Assembly (NCBI GenBank): GCA_043228905.1
Contig: JBHGNT010000006.1
Coordinates: 9,858,001-9,922,000, forward strand
Source of the DNA: Azolla caroliniana
Lineage: Eukaryota > Plantae > Polypodiophyta
Direction of reading: 5' to 3'
Length of the DNA stretch: 64,000 nucleotides
The notes beneath the pieces were generated by a model, which did not search any database, was not told the origin of the DNA, and saw only the letters and a program-made list of their open reading frames with translations. Position numbers and translations under genes: made by a program. Shown here piece after piece: positions 26,886 to 40,830 of the stretch. How positions within the stretch are numbered: position 1 is the first letter of the stretch; the number at the start of each line of letters is the position of its first letter.

Positions 26886-28069
26886 AGCTGAGTGACACCC
26901 TTCTCCAAGTTTCTTTGTTTTCATTAGGTATGAAACTATGCACATACCAACCTCATTCCCAACAAAGGCAACATTATTTCCACTTATCTTAATCACTTGA
27001 GACATCAGTCCATGTTAAAACATGTCGCGCCACACCAATCATACCATAGAGAAAGGGAGGTGGTTCCTAATAAGATCATTCATTACAAATTAATAGCAGT
27101 TTCGAGACAAATAGTATCTCGATTCTCATCAAGGGACTATCCATATATTTCACGACAAGCATATAACCATATCAAGAAATACAATAGATTATTGCATCTT
27201 GTGAAAGAAACATGTAGAAAACTCAGCAGTATTTCGTTAGGATGTCAGTATTGATCAGAAAACTCAAAAAAGAAGCTGAAATTCTAGCCAAAATCTCCAT
27301 GGCTGCCCACATGAAATGAAACCGCATAAGATTCCAAAAACTCAACCCAAGTTAGGGTCTTCTGGCATCTTTTTGCGGTCAGAAAAAATAAGCAACTCAT
27401 TATGCTCTTTAATAGAAAAAAACTGCCCCAAGATGACAATCTCACATATAAGAAGATCTCAAAACCAATAGAAATTGCTTCTCTGACCCCTCCTAAAGTA
27501 TAGTTTCCAAATTCAGTATAACTATATTGTTCTTCTCTTAATTTCTCCTCTTTATGCTTTTTACATTTTTGGGTTTCCTTTCTTCTTCTTCTTTTGGACA
27601 CTCACAAATGAAAGCATCAACCCTGTCAATGATTTTATCTTTGTTGTTTTTTATCTTGTCCTTTACAGCATTTTTTTCACCCATTACAGCTGTGCTATTG
27701 CACCACTCATGACAAAAATTATGAAGACACCTTCCATTAAAAGCCATGTTGGAATGGGGTATTAAATTTCTCTATGTTTGCATTACTCCTTCAAAATCAC
27801 TCTTTTCTTTGATTGTTGTATTAATGAAAATACCGCCTTGGAATGGTACTAAAGATCCTGTTCTCTGTTTTATCAATAGTTCAAAATCCCTAGTCACTTT
27901 GAGGCTTCTTGTTTGAACAAATTGATCACATGTTGGAATGACCTTAAATAACCCTGTTCTCTGTTTTTGTATCATCATTTGAGATTTTTTTGCTTGCCTT
28001 AAAATACAACAATCCAGCATGGATACACAACTGATATGAACAGTTTTTCTCTTCATCCTCTTTGCCTTG

Positions 28070-31000
28070 CTAAAATCTCATTACAGAAGCAGGAGGGCAT
28101 TTTGACATGAAATATTCATAATCGGGATGACGAACCCGCAACCTTTTAAGCCAATTATCTGATGACATCTGTAGCGACAAAACATCATGGCGATCAGTGG
28201 CGCCAGGAGGTGTCCAAACAGAACCTCTAAATTTATATAGAGCAATGCCAAACGGATAGAGTGCCAGCTGAGTCTTGCACTGGAGAGTGGAGCTTTCTAT
28301 CTCAGCAAAACAAGCAACAAATCAGATATCTTTACATGATGAAACAATGAGGGAATACCAAAAATTGGAAACAAACAAAACCAACTTAAATCCAAATAGC
28401 ATAATGTGGTGAAAAAAAATGAAGAAACAAAGACCACATAATTTGAGATAGCAGAATATAGCAAAAAAAGTACGTTCTCTGATTAGAATCACAACAGTAC
28501 AGATTTTTCTCTTTTCCTGACACTGGTTCTATTACTTGAGCCTCACCTTCATATAGAGTGGAAAGAGAATGGTACGTCAAGAAGCAAGCCGAAAGATCCT
28601 TCAAAGTCACACCCGTTGGTATACGATAAATAGGGTACCTGAGACAAATAATATAATAAGAAGTTAAAATAATATTTAACCAAGAAATGAAGCTTCGAAC
28701 AAGTATTTCATGGGTGAACTTGAGGATTTATACCATGCTACCGACAGCCAACTTGACTGTGAAAGATCATTACTACAAAGGGTCTTAATACCCGGAAACT
28801 GTCTCGACAGATCACGAATCTGCACAAGAAAACTGTACATTAGAAAATTCAGCTACAATTCAAAGTTGAAAAGGTTTCCAAATAAAAGGTCGCACTTGTG
28901 AAACTTCATTGTGAGTACACCAATCTAAAGATTCAACAACCTATACATAGTGACCTTTCAACACTAGGCCACTGTCCATCACAAACATATGGCAATGATC
29001 ATTTCAAAGTGTCTTAGAAGTGCGAGCAAGCCCAATATTTGATGCATGTGCACACTTCAAATAGTGCATCATTGGAGAACAGGGCTATTACCTGACTTCC
29101 ACATTTAGGATTTCTGCCAATTTTTGCTTCATTGGAGAACAGGGCTATTCCCTGACTTCCACATTTAGTATTTCTGCCAATTTTTAGGGTTTCTAAAATT
29201 AGAGTTTTCATTAGCAAGTCCTAGGAATGCATTTACAGGTTCATGTGCAAAAGCCTACGCATGTGGCTGGCTGAAAACTCCTTGAGTGGCATTCTGGGGT
29301 CTTAATTCCTTTCTCATCCTTTTCAAAAGATAATGATCTTTTGAATTGAGGGACCCATATTTGGAGCAAATCATGGTGTATTATGTCAAATCCTGTCACC
29401 ACTCTCGTAACCACATGACGCATATATATATTATCATCAATTCATATATACCTTATCAACAAGAGGCACCCTCATAGATGGCGCAACTGATTCAAAATAT
29501 TCAAAGATAAGGGACTCCCTTCGGTGATTGTCCTCCAAATCGCCCCCTGACCCATGATCCAATCGCTCACCATCGTTGCTACTTGTTTCACTACCACTGT
29601 CCCTGTACTCTACCTCACTACCATCACTATCGTCACCGAGATGCCTTCTGATGAGATATTAGGAGAAGTAACATTAGGCCCAAAACATGATTGTCCATAC
29701 AAAGATAAAGAAACATTAGGCCCAATTGACCTGTTTTTTGAATAAAGCTTGTACGCTACACTCGAATAAAGTTGAATAAAGAAACATGGTTGCAATAAGG
29801 AAAGAAAAGTCTAATTACTCAATTGACCTGTTTTTTGAATACAGCTTGCACGCTTCACTCGAATAAAGTTGAATGGCTGACAAATACGGAACATAATACT
29901 GTACTACAGTGTCCTTGGGATTAAGAACTATAGGAACCCCTGCACCATAGGCACTCCATTCATCGAAGCTATCCCAAAGGTCTCTCAAGGAGAAGAAATT
30001 CTTCTTATAAATGTGAGATTCTTGGAAACAAGATCCTCGGAGACGACTCTGGAAAATATATATATTCACAATCATAGGGGATCCTCATCATCAATGCAAT
30101 AACATTAAACTACTTCTTCCTTCCTGAATTATTAATGTGATTAAACTCTGCAGGGGATTACCATGATATACATGAGTAACCAATAACTCATTTCTTCTTC
30201 TAATGCTTCTTAATGCATGCCACATTACAATAGAAGATGATCAGGTGGACTATTAATAATCCTTATGAATCAGTTGAGATCACAAGGATATACATAAATA
30301 TGAACATCATATTAAAACCCCGCATTTCTCTTCCCATCTTATTTTGCAATTGTAGATTTTCATAACGTTGTTGTGATTGGAGATATGCATGAAAGGAAAA
30401 AAATGACATTAACAAATGCGACATAAATCGAGAAAATAAAATTTTATCAAGGGAACAAAACTCAAAAGTGTTGTATTTTCTCACTATATCTAGTAAATTA
30501 TAACATGAATATATAAATGCTCATCGCTTCTAGTGAATTGTGTCCATTTTCTCATCGCTTCTAGCGCATTCCTAAAGTTTGTGGTGTTTCTTACTACATT
30601 ATTTCCTAAAATTTGGAGAGAAATAAATAAGATCTGTACTATAATCTATATTCTTATCATATTGGTATATTCTTTCTCATCATATTGGTACATTCTTATA
30701 CAATTGTAGTATTTTCTTATTTTTCCCCGGTAAATACCTAATCAGAAGCCAATGTAAGGACCTCTCTAGTTTAATACCTCTGAAAAAATGTGTGTGTTAC
30801 TTCTTGTTATTTGTGGTGTTATCTCATTATTTCCAGTAAATTCGTTTACAATGCGTAGTATTTTCTCATCATGTCCTACTACTCAACACTTAGGATGCCA
30901 ATGGAAAGAGATCGCAAAGCAAGAAGAAGAAAGAAAGGTGGTCAACCTATCATACCTTGAAAAGGAATTGAGATGGAACAGTGGGGGTAGTATGTTCCAT

Positions 31001-31153
31001 GAAGCGATGAAGATTTGAGGTATAATTAGCATCATGACCAGGTTGTTCAGTGGATCCTTTCTGCACATGAGAGCTTTTCTTCTGTCGAAACAATAACTCA
31101 TTACGACATGATGGTAATCTGAAGGTCGAGGAGCATGGTGAAGGATTGTCCAT
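28070..31153 (-). CDS. DUF789-family plant protein, 6 coding exons
   Basis: Exons 31153-30956, 30048-29828, 29647-29452, 28819-28734, 28638-28547 and 28296-28070, joined by GT-AG introns in frame. Motifs [82 protein letters not shown] and HPDYEYF. The start codon is less certain. Confidence 0.9.
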
Positions 31154-32163
31154 GAAAAGAAAGAAAGCACGCTTCTTTCTGATCCTTCACTAGTCTAGCT
31201 TCCTTCACTCTTCCGACACTCTTCTTATTACTCTCAAGTCCTTCTCTGTTCTAGCTTCTCTCTGGTTCTTCTCTCTTCTAAGTTCTCTCTAATCTGTGCA
31301 TAACAGAAAAATGATTTCTTCCTTCTTCTTCCGATTGAAGCTGTTTGACTATCAAACCTCTCTTCTTCTTCTTCTTCTTCTTCTTCTCTTTAATTCGTAT
31401 CTAACAAAAATTGATGGCTTCCAATTCTTCCGATTAGAAGCTTTACAATTATCAATCCTCTCTTCTTCTTCTTCTTCTTCTTCTTCTCTACTTCTTCTCT
31501 TTCTACACGTAATAGAAATTAATGGCTTCAAAATCTTCCGTTTGAGGCGCCACTAATCTCTATTAAACATTTCTTCCTCTTCTTTCTTCTCTTCCTCTGA
31601 GGTAATTCTCGTGTGTAACGGAAAGTGTGTTCTTCTTCTCTGCCCCTTTTGAAGCTTTAATGTTAATATCAAAACGCTCTGATTATTTTCTTCTAACGTA
31701 AGGGGAAAAGAACCCGCTTAGATTCCCTTACGATCTGAACAGGGTAGGTTCATCCTTCCCCCGTCTCGCAAGAATGGAGGTGGCTAGAAGAAGAATGAGA
31801 TTATGAAGATATTGAAGACGAAGAGATTGGCCTTCTGCAGCAGAAGAGATGGCGATGGCGAGGGGCCGTAAGAAGAAGAAGAAGAAGACGCAGAGATGGA
31901 AAGATATGGAAGAAGAGCAAATTTGGAGAGAAGCGAAAAGGAGAAGAGAGCTTAACAGACACGCGTTCTTCGTCTATCTCTCTCTCTCTCTCTATCCGTC
32001 TCTTCACTTCTCTCTTCTGTGTGTGTGTGTCTCTCTCTCTGCTACAGTCAGAAGAGAGAAAGAAGGAAAGAGAGAGAGAGAGAGAAGGGGCGGCGATCGT
32101 TGGCTATGGCGGCGAAGATGAAGACGAAGACGAAGGCAGAGGAAAGAGAAAAGGATCTCTCTC

Positions 32164-32205
<42 letters not shown>

Positions 32206-32230
32206 CTCAGTCTGTTCTGCGCTCATTCAT

Positions 32231-32258
32231 TTGTCTGACGTGGCGCCACGTCAGACAA
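32231..32258. promoter_or_regulatory. Perfect 28-bp palindrome with two back-to-back TGACGTGGC (Hex/G-box-like bZIP) sites upstream of the DUF789 gene
   Basis: TTGTCTGACGTGGC|GCCACGTCAGACAA lies next to CT/GA microsatellites typical of plant 5' regions. Confidence 0.6.
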
Positions 32259-34400
32259 CTCCCCTCTCATTTTTCCACCTTTTAATTTATTTATTTTACA
32301 CCCCCTCCAAAACAAAAACAAAACATGCAAAGAAATGAATCAATTAAAAAATAGCCAAGGCATCATATACATATATTATAATTTATAAATATAAATATAT
32401 ATATATATATGCATGTAATGTACATACACACACTTGTGTCTTTGTTTTGTGTGTGCGTGCGTGTGTGTTTGCGTGTCTGCAAGACCCGCCTCCGGATAGA
32501 CTACTCAACTCACATGAACATCACATACGCGCGTGGCCCTTGGCACCACCTTTGCCTCTAGATGCTCTCGTTGGCATCGCTATCTATCTATGCCTTCATG
32601 CTTCGCCTGCAAAGAAGCTTGTGCATGCATTACATGCTTTGTCCTGGCCAATGTTTGTCACGTCTCACCTCACCTGTGGAAGCTTGTGTCATTGGATTTC
32701 TCGATGTGAGACGATGATAGCAACAGCAACAATAGCATGCAAATAAGGAGGATGCCCATTTTGTGAGAGCATGATTAATAGTGAATGAGGCACTTGTTAG
32801 TATGTATGCTACCCAGATCCTTAATCAACTCTCTACTTTTGGATGTAGTAGGGCTCCAATCTTGGATTACTACATGCCTTATAAGAAAACTTCTAACCTT
32901 TGTTTCTTCTAGCACAAACATCTCATTAGGATACATGTTGTTTTTTAACCCTTTCAAGTTGATGCCATGAGTTTTGGTCACGTATTTCGACTTGTCATGG
33001 ACGAGAACCTTTCAATATCCATGCCCAATAAACACAAGTAACTATGACACAATGACCACTTGTCTACCCAAGGGCTATTCTACATTGCTTCATGTTTGAT
33101 AGGGAAGTGAGGTTCTCCTACATGGTGTTCTACCTAAGGGCCTAAGAGTAGGATAGTTAGGAAACTAATTATCCTAGGGACTGCAAACTCGTAAGGACCT
33201 ATGACACATGGGAGCCATAGATGTTGAGCTAAATAAAGGGGACGAGTTACCCCCTTCAATATGACATATTGAGACATTGATGAAGTTGTATTGGTGAGGC
33301 AAGCTCTCCTTTTCAAATATGTTATTTCAACAATCGAGTTTTAACATAAGATAATATTCAGTGGTATGGGACACTTATGGTATTTTATGTTTGTCTCGTG
33401 TCCTTCGCTCAAGGGTGATCATTAGGGATAAGCACCCTTAATCTATTCTTCTCCTTAAACTCTTATTCTTTTGCTCAAACCTCTCACCAATTATCTCTTT
33501 GAGCACTAACTACGCTTGACGAGAATATGGCAATAACGTGGAGCTTGCTTGCCTAGTGACCCTAGTCTATTCCTACTCACAAGGGAGAAAGGAAATCACT
33601 TAAATCACTTAATGAGGAGGATAATGTGCTCATTAATAAGAAGAATAGGATAGAAATGTACAATTTCCAAACAAATAGATCTATGGGTGCAAAGCTCAAT
33701 TGGTATTCTTATTTCTAGTTTATGTATATAACTTCATTACATTGTTTGCCCTTTGGGCGATTGTTATATATGTTTTGGTGGATCTCTATGCCATCATTTA
33801 CCTATATTTGCATAAAAGTTGATCGATCTCCTCTTTAATGAGGTTTGGATACTTTGTGCTCGTTTGATACTTGTCGTTAAACAAGAGTATAACTACTTTT
33901 GTGGTAGCTCTCATGTTGATAGAATTGTAGACCTAATTCTCAAATATCTTCATATGACCAAGCAAAAATGGAGCAAAAATGTCTCAGAACCACCAATTAA
34001 GGTTAGACTCATATTTTATCAAAACATATTCTCTAGATTATTAGCAATCTTCGATAGTTGGGGAACAATATTCATAACCAGTTCACTTCTTCTAGGGTAA
34101 TCAACTTAACTCATTGTCGAGTGGCTTATTCATGATCCAATACTTTCAAGCATGAGCCTAATTTTGAGTTCAATGGAGCTTTCAATTGTGATACGGTGTT
34201 GTTATATGGAATATATCAATCTCAAAGAGGTTGATTAGCTTTAGATTGTCCGCCCAACAACAATTTGAATATGTATGCTTTCCACATGTAGTGGTACTAA
34301 AGAGATTTTGCATTGTGGACCGTATATGGTGGGACAAGATCAATTTTGGACTTTTCCAATGGTGGGTGATGTGATACAGTGTCATTATATGGAATATATC

Positions 34401-34885
34401 TGTCACAGACACACCAACCATGGACTCGAACGGAGCATGAATGATTGGGCTAAGAGCGTGGAACTTAAGAAGTTGGGAACGACATAAGAGCATGAAAACA
34501 GAGATAAAGACCAAGGAGACAAGATGGGGTGAAACGGGAATACTAGATTGATGTGTCAATGACTAACGTTGAATCCCCTGAAAGGGACCAAGGAGGTTAC
34601 AAGTATTTATACAAGTTCTGAGATTGAGTATCTCTAGAATATACTTGAGAAATATCTCTAGAATATACCCATCTAGAATACACCATAGAATATTTCTAGA
34701 ATACACTAAAAGCTCTAGAATATTCTGGAATGTATATATGCTAGAATATACAATACTCTATTATATACAAACACATGCTCATATCTAGATGGGTGAGCAT
34801 GATGTCTTGTAGATGTGAGGTTGCAGGTTCAATCCTTACTAATTATGTATTTGACGTCAATGTCACGAATCACTGTGTCGTGACA
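34401..34885 (-). mobile_element. Solo LTR (485 bp)
   Basis: TGTCAC...GTGACA, perfect TSD ATATC, minus-strand TATA near 34605 and CTAGAA repeats. An uninterrupted copy of the target is visible at about 34203-34240. Confidence 0.8.
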
Positions 34886-35497
34886 ATATCAATCTAAAAG
34901 AGGCGGATTAGCTTCAAACAACATGTCAAACAAGAATCTAAATTTTTGATGACATATTTGACATCAATGTCACGAGTCACTGTGTTGCTTCAAGCGACAT
35001 GTCAAACAAGAATCTAAATTTTTTATGACATATTTGACATCAATGTCACGAGTCACTGTGTCGTGACAATATCGATCTAAAAGAGGCAGATTGGCTTCAA
35101 ATGGTATGTCAAACAAGAATCTAAAGTTTTGATGATTCCTTCAAGAATATGTATGCTTTCCACATGTAATGGTACTAAAGTGGTTAGTGTGGACCATATG
35201 TATACATGGTAGGAGAAGTCTCCTCGACATTTTTGCTCATTGTTACTCTAGTCGGTAGTGAGGGTTTCATGTTTGTGGTAACAATAAACATTTGTAATCA
35301 TGCTCCTACATTCACGTTGAGTCAATGCATGGCACAAATTTCCTAAAGTGTACATGGGAGGAGAAGTCTCCTCGACATTTTTACTCATTGTTACTCTAGT
35401 CGGTAGTGAGGGTGTCATGTTTGTGGTAGCAATAAACATTTGTAATCATGCTTGTACATTCACGTTGAGTCAATGCATGGCACAAATTTTCTAAAGT
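34848..35497. repeat. Local tandem duplications (about 100-bp unit x3 including the LTR end; 148-bp unit x2)
   Basis: TATTTGAC.TCAATGTCACGA.TCACTGTGT recurs three times in 34848-35135. TCCTCGACAT recurs at 35221 and 35369. Confidence 0.85.
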
Positions 35498-37249
35498 AAA
35501 AATCTCCATCATCGAGGGAGTGTATATTTTGACTTTAACACAAGACCAATAGGGGAGCTCTTTCGGTTTTAGAGAAATTAGTGTGTTTTCTAAACTTGAA
35601 GAATTGCACAATCCATTGACCAGCAAACTTGACGCATGCTATTTAAACTTGGTTAAACTATCAATCTCAACACGTATCTTCACAACGTCAGATAAACATC
35701 TTAGTATTCCCCTCTATATTCGCGACAACAATAGGCATTCCATTTGTCAATGCACTTGTCAAGATGAATATACGGAAGCTAAATAGCTCTCAATTGGCTT
35801 AGTTAGATAGCAACAGAAATCATAGAGAATGGAATATACAGAGTGGGTGACAGAGAGACAAAGACAGAGAGAGCAAGACAATGAATCTCTATTTCAAAAA
35901 GCTCTGTAAAAACTCTATACATACAATGAGCTCTATGAGCACTTTTATACAAGTCCTTAAAGGACTGATAGAAGTACTGACAAGTACTTCAATGTTCGTA
36001 CCAAGTGACAAACACTAACTCCTAAAAATATGCCTACGTATTAGACTAGGATCGTAGGCCTCTAACGGCGTACCAGTTACACTCAGATCCGGACACTGAA
36101 CCGGCTCTTGGCTTATTCGGCCGATCCGGATCATGTTGAGCTTGCTCATTCAACACTCCCCCTCAAGCTCAACTTGAGGTCGGATTGTAGTGCCAGTGTC
36201 CGTCGGTCCTTTCCTCCGGCACCTCCTAGCATCTTCACGCCTCGGTCGTGCTCCCCGACCCGTCCAATCCCGCTTTCCACGACTTGTCCAGCTCCGCGCA
36301 CCTTGATCTTCTCAATCGGCTTGTCTGCTCATTAGGCCCATCTCAGCTCCTTTGTTGCTGTGACTTCGGTGCTTCTCGACCCGTCGGTTACTCTATGTCG
36401 GATTCGACTTCCATTGCCTTCTCGTCCATTTGGCCTTCAGTTGATTTGGCTCCTCTGAATCAGCTACCTTCGATTCATTCCAGCTCTTGTCTAAATTGAC
36501 TATCTACAATTTGTCTTCAATCTTCAGTCCTTTCATAACATCACACCACGTTCGGGTCTTGGCCTTCCCATTCTGGTCGGCTCTGTCCTTCCCGACTTTG
36601 CCGCCGTTGCCGCTAGTTCCGACTTTTTCAGATGTGTCGACTTCTTCAGTTGACTCGGTTCCCTTTTTCTTCTTGTCTCCGACTACTTCTCTGATACCTT
36701 TACATGTCCTCCTGATTCCTATTCCGATTCTCCCCCTCAAGTTAGGCATGTCGAGGTGTTGTAAATTGAGTGCACTTGAGAATTGTCGTAACTTGTTGAG
36801 ACCAAGGTGTCAGGAATAGTACTAAAACAGAGATGGAATTAGTACTAAGAACAGCAGTACTATTAGTACTAAGAGGACGGGACTGCGTAAGATTCCCGAG
36901 AGAGGAAGTGAGAAGAGGAGAGAGAGAGAGATAGCGAGAATGAGAGAGATGATGACAGCAGCTATATATTATGTGAAAAGATAAGTACAAGCGGCTAAGA
37001 GGCTTAAGACTGGCGTTGAACCAATTTGGTTCAAAACAATGCCTTGTGCCTCCTTTTATAGTGTTTTTAGGAATAATCTTGAAGCTTCTAGAATGTTCCA
37101 GAGAGATCTGGAATATACATCAATTTTCTATGATAAAGTATAAATGAAAATAATATCCTACAAAATACAATTCCTAATCTAATGGTAAGAGCTCGACCCA
37201 TGTAGCATAAAGTCATGGGTTCGAGTCTTGCCATGACACTATCTCCCCC

Positions 37250-40200
37250 TTAAAGACGACGAGTGGAACGAGTCGGCGCTAACTGCGGACCGGGTTTGTC
37301 CGGATACTTTCGGTGGAAATCAGCAAGAAGATCTTGTGCATTGGCAACATTCTCGACGGGTTCCCAAGTACGTTCGCTCGGACTATAACCGAGCCAATCG
37401 ACCAAGTAATAAAGTTTGTTGCGAACAAGTTTGGAATCGAGGATGGCAGCAACTTCATACTCCGGGCCGGCGTCCAACTCCAGCGGGGGCGGCGGTGGTG
37501 TCACACGATCGGGAATGGTGTTTGCTTTATAAGGTTCAAGAAGAGAACAATGGAAAACCGGATGTATCTGAAGCTGCGGAGGGAGATCCAGGCGGAAGGT
37601 GACATCATTAATCTTCCCCGTAATACGGAAAGGACCGAGTCGTCGATAATCCAACTTGTCGCACGGTCGAGTAGTCTTGATGTGACGACGTAAGAGCCAT
37701 ACTCGATCTCCGATGGCAAAAGAGGAGGGAATCCGATGACGATCCGCATAAGTCTTCTGTGTGTTTTGAGCATGACGAAGGTGAGTAAAGAGATCCATCT
37801 GGATCTTGCGTAGCCTCTCCAAATGGTCCTCGGCACGAGGGTTGGTAGGTAGCTCCGGAGTGTCGATCACCGACCAACGAGGATGGAAACCGGTATAAGC
37901 GAGAAATGGGGAGACCCGAGTCGAGGAATGAATAGCATTATTATACGCAAACTCCGCAAAGTGGAGAATCTCGGCCCAATCGTCCTGTTGATAACTCAGG
38001 AAACACCGGAGATATTGCTCCAACGTTTGGTTTGTTCGTTCCGCCTGTCCGTCAGTTTGAGGATGGTAGCCGGAGGAGAGGTTGCAGGAGACCTTGAGCA
38101 TCCTGAAGAGATGCTGCCAAAATTTGGAGACAAATTGCGGGCCTCGGTCACTGATAATACTGTCTGGTAGGCCATGATGCCGAAATACCTCACGCATAAC
38201 AAGAGCGGCGGTTTCCTCGCTAGTGATGGCCTTAGTACATGGCACAAAATGTGCCATCTTCGTATATCGATCGACGACGGTTAGGATAGCATCGAACCCC
38301 TTCGAGACCGGCAGATCTGTAATAAAATCAAGACAAATAGACTGCCATGGCTTACTTGGAATTGGTAAAGGTTCCAACAAGCCATATGGATGGTGTCATG
38401 GCATCTTTGCTCGGCAGCAAGCATCATAGGTCCGAACGTAGTCGTCGACAAAACGGCGCATGTGGGGCCACCAAAAAGATCGCTGCACTAACTCCAACGT
38501 CTTGGTACTACCGAAATGTCCCGCCGTATGGGTGTCGTGACAATGTTGGACGATTTGAAGGCGACAGGAGCAATCGGGGACATATACGCGCTTTTTAAAG
38601 AATAACAAACCATCATGATATTCGAATTGTCGGTAGTCAATACCTGGTTGTTGAGACTGAGAACAGGATGCCCGAGAAGTATCAATGTGCGCTAGGATGT
38701 CTTGAGCAAAACTATCCGTCTTCAAGGTTGCACGTATGTCATCGGTAATCCGTGAATCCATCGGGGTGTGAAAAATCCGCGTCGTGTGCAATCGTGTTGG
38801 TCCCAAGATTACTTGCTTTTGATTATCAAATGTTGCGTCACCAAGACGAGGTGCAAGATGTGAACGCCGTGATAGTGCATCTGCTTTTCCTTGCTGCTTC
38901 CCCGGTCGATATGTGATTTCGAAGTTGAAACGCGTGAGGAATTGCGCCCACCGAGCTTGCCGTCGATTTAGTACGCGAGCGTTCTGAAAATAAGCAAGAT
39001 TTTTATGATCGCTAAAGACAATGACCTGATGTGGAGAGCCCTCCAAGAAATGCCGCCATTGTACAAATGAATCCACGATGGCTAATAACTCCTTGTCATG
39101 TATTTCGTAGTTGATTTCTGCGACATTGAATTTGCGCGAATGGAAAGCCACCGGATGCAACTCTTCTTTATCGCCTTGTTGAGAAAGGATGCTACCGAGG
39201 GCGAAATCTGATGCGTCGGCCTCCATGATGAATGGTTTGCTTGTATCCACATGAGCTAGAATCAGTGCTGATGTAAAGGCTTTCTTAAGATGCCGAAAAG
39301 CCATATCTGCTTCGATGGACCAAAGAAATGCTTGGCCCTTCTTCGTAAGTTGTGTGAGAGGTAAAATAATCTTCGAGTAATCCTGTATAAACTTACGGTA
39401 GAAGTTAGCAAAGCCTAGAAAACATTGTACATCTCGTACCGACCGTGGAATTTGCCACTCTAGTACAGTTTGGATTTTAGCTGGATCCATGGCGATGCCC
39501 TTTGAGGAGATGACGTAGCCTAGAAATTCCACTTGCTTGCAGTCAAAGCTACATTTCTCTAGCTTGGCATAAAGACCATTCTCGTGGAGTCGCTTTAGTA
39601 CTAATAGTACATGAGAATCGTGCTCTTCCTGGGTCTTCGAATAAATCAACAGATCATCCACATAAATGATCAAACAGATATCCAAGAGGTCTCTGAATAT
39701 ATCATTTGCCATGTGTTGGAAGACTGCGGGTGCATTGGTTAGGCCAAACGGCATAACAGTATACTCGAAATGCCCATACCGCGTGCGAAAAGTGGTCTTC
39801 CACTCATCTCCCGGTCGGATCCGCACGAGATTATACGCTCCTCGTAGGTCGATTTTAGTAAAAAACTTGGCACCATTAACTCGCTCTAAAAGACTTGATA
39901 TAAGAGGAAGTGCATACCTATTCCGGATGGTGACTTTATTCAATCCGCGGTAATCAACGACAAGACGAAGTGAGCCATCTTTCTTCTTGACAAAGAAGAT
40001 GGGTGCACCGGCCGGAGATTTCGAATGACGGATGAACCCACTTGCCAAGTTCTCCTCTATGTAGGCTCGAAGGACTTCTAACTCGGTGGGTGACAAGTTG
40101 TAAATTGGTCCCCATGGTGGCTCGGTTCCTGGTTGTAAATCGATGGGACAGTCATAGGGACGGTGATGAGGAAGGGTACCGGCTTTTACCTTGTCAAATA

Positions 40201-40830
40201 CATCGGCATAAGGATGATATTTTGCCGGAAGTTGTATTGAGGAGTCCTTCTTAATAGTGCTAGAAGGATGTACTGATATGGCAAATAGGAACATTGCCTC
40301 CTTGGGTCCTTCTTCGCGTAGTTGATGGAGTGAAATGGTCGAAACTCGGTGAGTTGATTCTTGGGGTGGTCGATATCGGACTTCTCTTGTTCTCCAATCT
40401 ATGGCTGGATTATGTAATTCAAGCCAAGGTAATCCAAGGACAATGGGATGCTCTGGACTACTAATTATATTAAATGATATTATACACACAAAACTACCTA
40501 GGACAACTTGAATGGGTTCTGATTCTTCTACAATATTCCCGGAAGCAATGGGACGACCATCAATGACCACTACAGATGCGGGACAAGGAAGTTTTCTTAA
40601 GGATATATGAGAAGCTTGGGCAAAATTTCGATCCATGAAACAGGAATTAGCTCCGGAATCTAAAAGTGCTAGGACGGTTACTGGGGGAGTACTTTTAGTA
40701 CTAACAATGACTTGGGCTAGGAACACATTGCTAACTTGCTTGGAAGGAATGGAACCACTAATGGGCTGTACAGATCTAGGGCTGCTGTCCAACCAAATGG
40801 CTCCTATTTTGGCTGGACTCAATCGTTTAA
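37250..40830 (-). pseudogene. pol: Pol of chromovirus A (PR-RT-RH-IN-chromodomain) with one in-frame stop at 38396-38398
   Basis: LLDSGA, YVDD, RH, IN and the chromodomain EYEVAAILDS..YLVDWLGY..TWEP. ORFs 38396-40822 and 37250-38380 are in the same frame. Confidence 0.93.

Noticed and set aside
29070-29185. 60-bp tandem duplication in a DUF789 intron
   Set aside because: An ordinary local duplication with no sign of function.
31250-32450. Short ORFs upstream of the DUF789 gene
   Set aside because: These are low-complexity translations of CT/GA/CTT microsatellites in the 5' UTR, intron or promoter.
37170-37238. Functional tRNA genes in LTRs
   Set aside because: Only the A/B boxes and their spacing are retained. 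No convincing acceptor or anticodon stems were seen, so they are reported as tRNA-like cassettes.
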